From Gammaproteobacteria bacterium (GTDB lineage Bacteria; Pseudomonadota; Gammaproteobacteria; Pseudomonadales; Azotimanducaceae), in NCBI GenBank assembly GCA_009846005.1, contig VXYL01000070.1, positions 277,699 to 341,698 of the forward strand: a DNA stretch of 64,000 nucleotides, read 5' to 3'. Position numbers and translations under genes: made by a program. Each line of letters starts with the position of its first letter. Position 1 is the stretch's first letter. The notes beneath the pieces were generated by a model that had not been told where the DNA came from, made no database searches, and saw nothing but the letters and a program-made list of their open reading frames with translations. Of this stretch, positions 63,796-64,000 are shown in pieces.

Positions 63796-64000
63796 GCAAT
63801 TCGTCCCGGGTGGGCTTACGGTCTTCGACCCAGGTCAGTTCCCGGGGGGCTCTCGAGAAGAAGCGTTCCATCGCCGCGTCGTAGGCATCCTCTCGCCGGC
63901 GCATGCCTTCAAGCACGTCGGCAAGCCATTTGGACACGCTATGATCCTGTTCGGCCGCCCGGACTCTCACCCAGCGCGCGACGTCGTCAGGCAACGCTAC
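63773..64000 (-). CDS. vapB: VapB-type antitoxin (ribbon-helix-helix-like), 5' end beyond right edge
   Basis: LPDDVARWVRVRAAEQDHSVSKWLADVLEG is an RHH-type pattern. The reading frame stays open to base 64000. Confidence 0.6.
   Translation of the reverse strand, partial: VALPDDVARWVRVRAAEQDHSVSKWLADVLEGMRRREDAYDAAMERFFSRAPRELTWVEDRKPTRDELHDRPGLR

Overview
High-GC bacterial chromosomal segment. Gene content suggests an environmental or marine proteobacterium, but the taxon cannot be fixed from this sequence alone. I support about 60 protein-coding genes. I found no rRNA, tRNA or CRISPR array by eye. Most long ORFs in the supplied track that overlap these genes are Arg/Pro/Gly-rich off-frame or antisense artefacts of high GC content. 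Several track ORFs also carry spurious N-terminal extensions, which I trimmed using signal peptides, conserved N-termini and ATGA stop/start overlaps.

Much of the window is ordinary accessory metabolism and housekeeping:
- Carbohydrate and redox enzymes: GH51 arabinofuranosidase, aldo/keto reductase, several SDRs, an amidohydrolase, an HpcH aldolase, a PEP-mutase/ICL-family enzyme and a PQQ quinohemoprotein dehydrogenase.
- Housekeeping genes: AceE, DNA polymerase II and ArfB.

The stand-out is a compact RiPP locus at about 10.0-18.0 kb.
- It encodes a nitrile-hydratase-leader-peptide (NHLP) precursor with a double-glycine site and a Cys-free, very acidic 26-aa core.
- The precursor is followed by a shortened HlyD-like adaptor, a C39-peptidase ABC exporter and a second ABC exporter with a cNMP-binding-like N-terminus.
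- No known RiPP maturase is present.
- A JmjC/cupin-4 Fe(II)/2OG oxygenase with a winged-helix-like tail abuts the exporter convergently, followed by an FMO and an SDR.
- A decayed IS1-like transposase sits immediately upstream of the precursor.
- I propose this as a candidate undescribed RiPP class, a hydroxylated acidic peptide that may act as a metallophore or signal. This is inference only.

Other loci worth a second look:
- A BlaI/BlaR1(M56) module in which five TonB C-terminal domains are spread over three consecutive genes, with a perfect 18-bp palindrome at the blaI-like promoter.
- An ECF sigma / dockerin-bearing anti-sigma / cohesin-like / VIT-vWA lipoprotein operon.
- A PhyH-HEAT fusion protein, plus four more Fe/2OG oxygenase genes scattered across the window.
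- A kexin-like S8 protease preceded by a stand-alone prodomain-like protein and by a protein with an internal module duplication.
- An orphan yejB/yejE permease pair.
- A DUF3883 gene next to a VapBC pair at the right edge.
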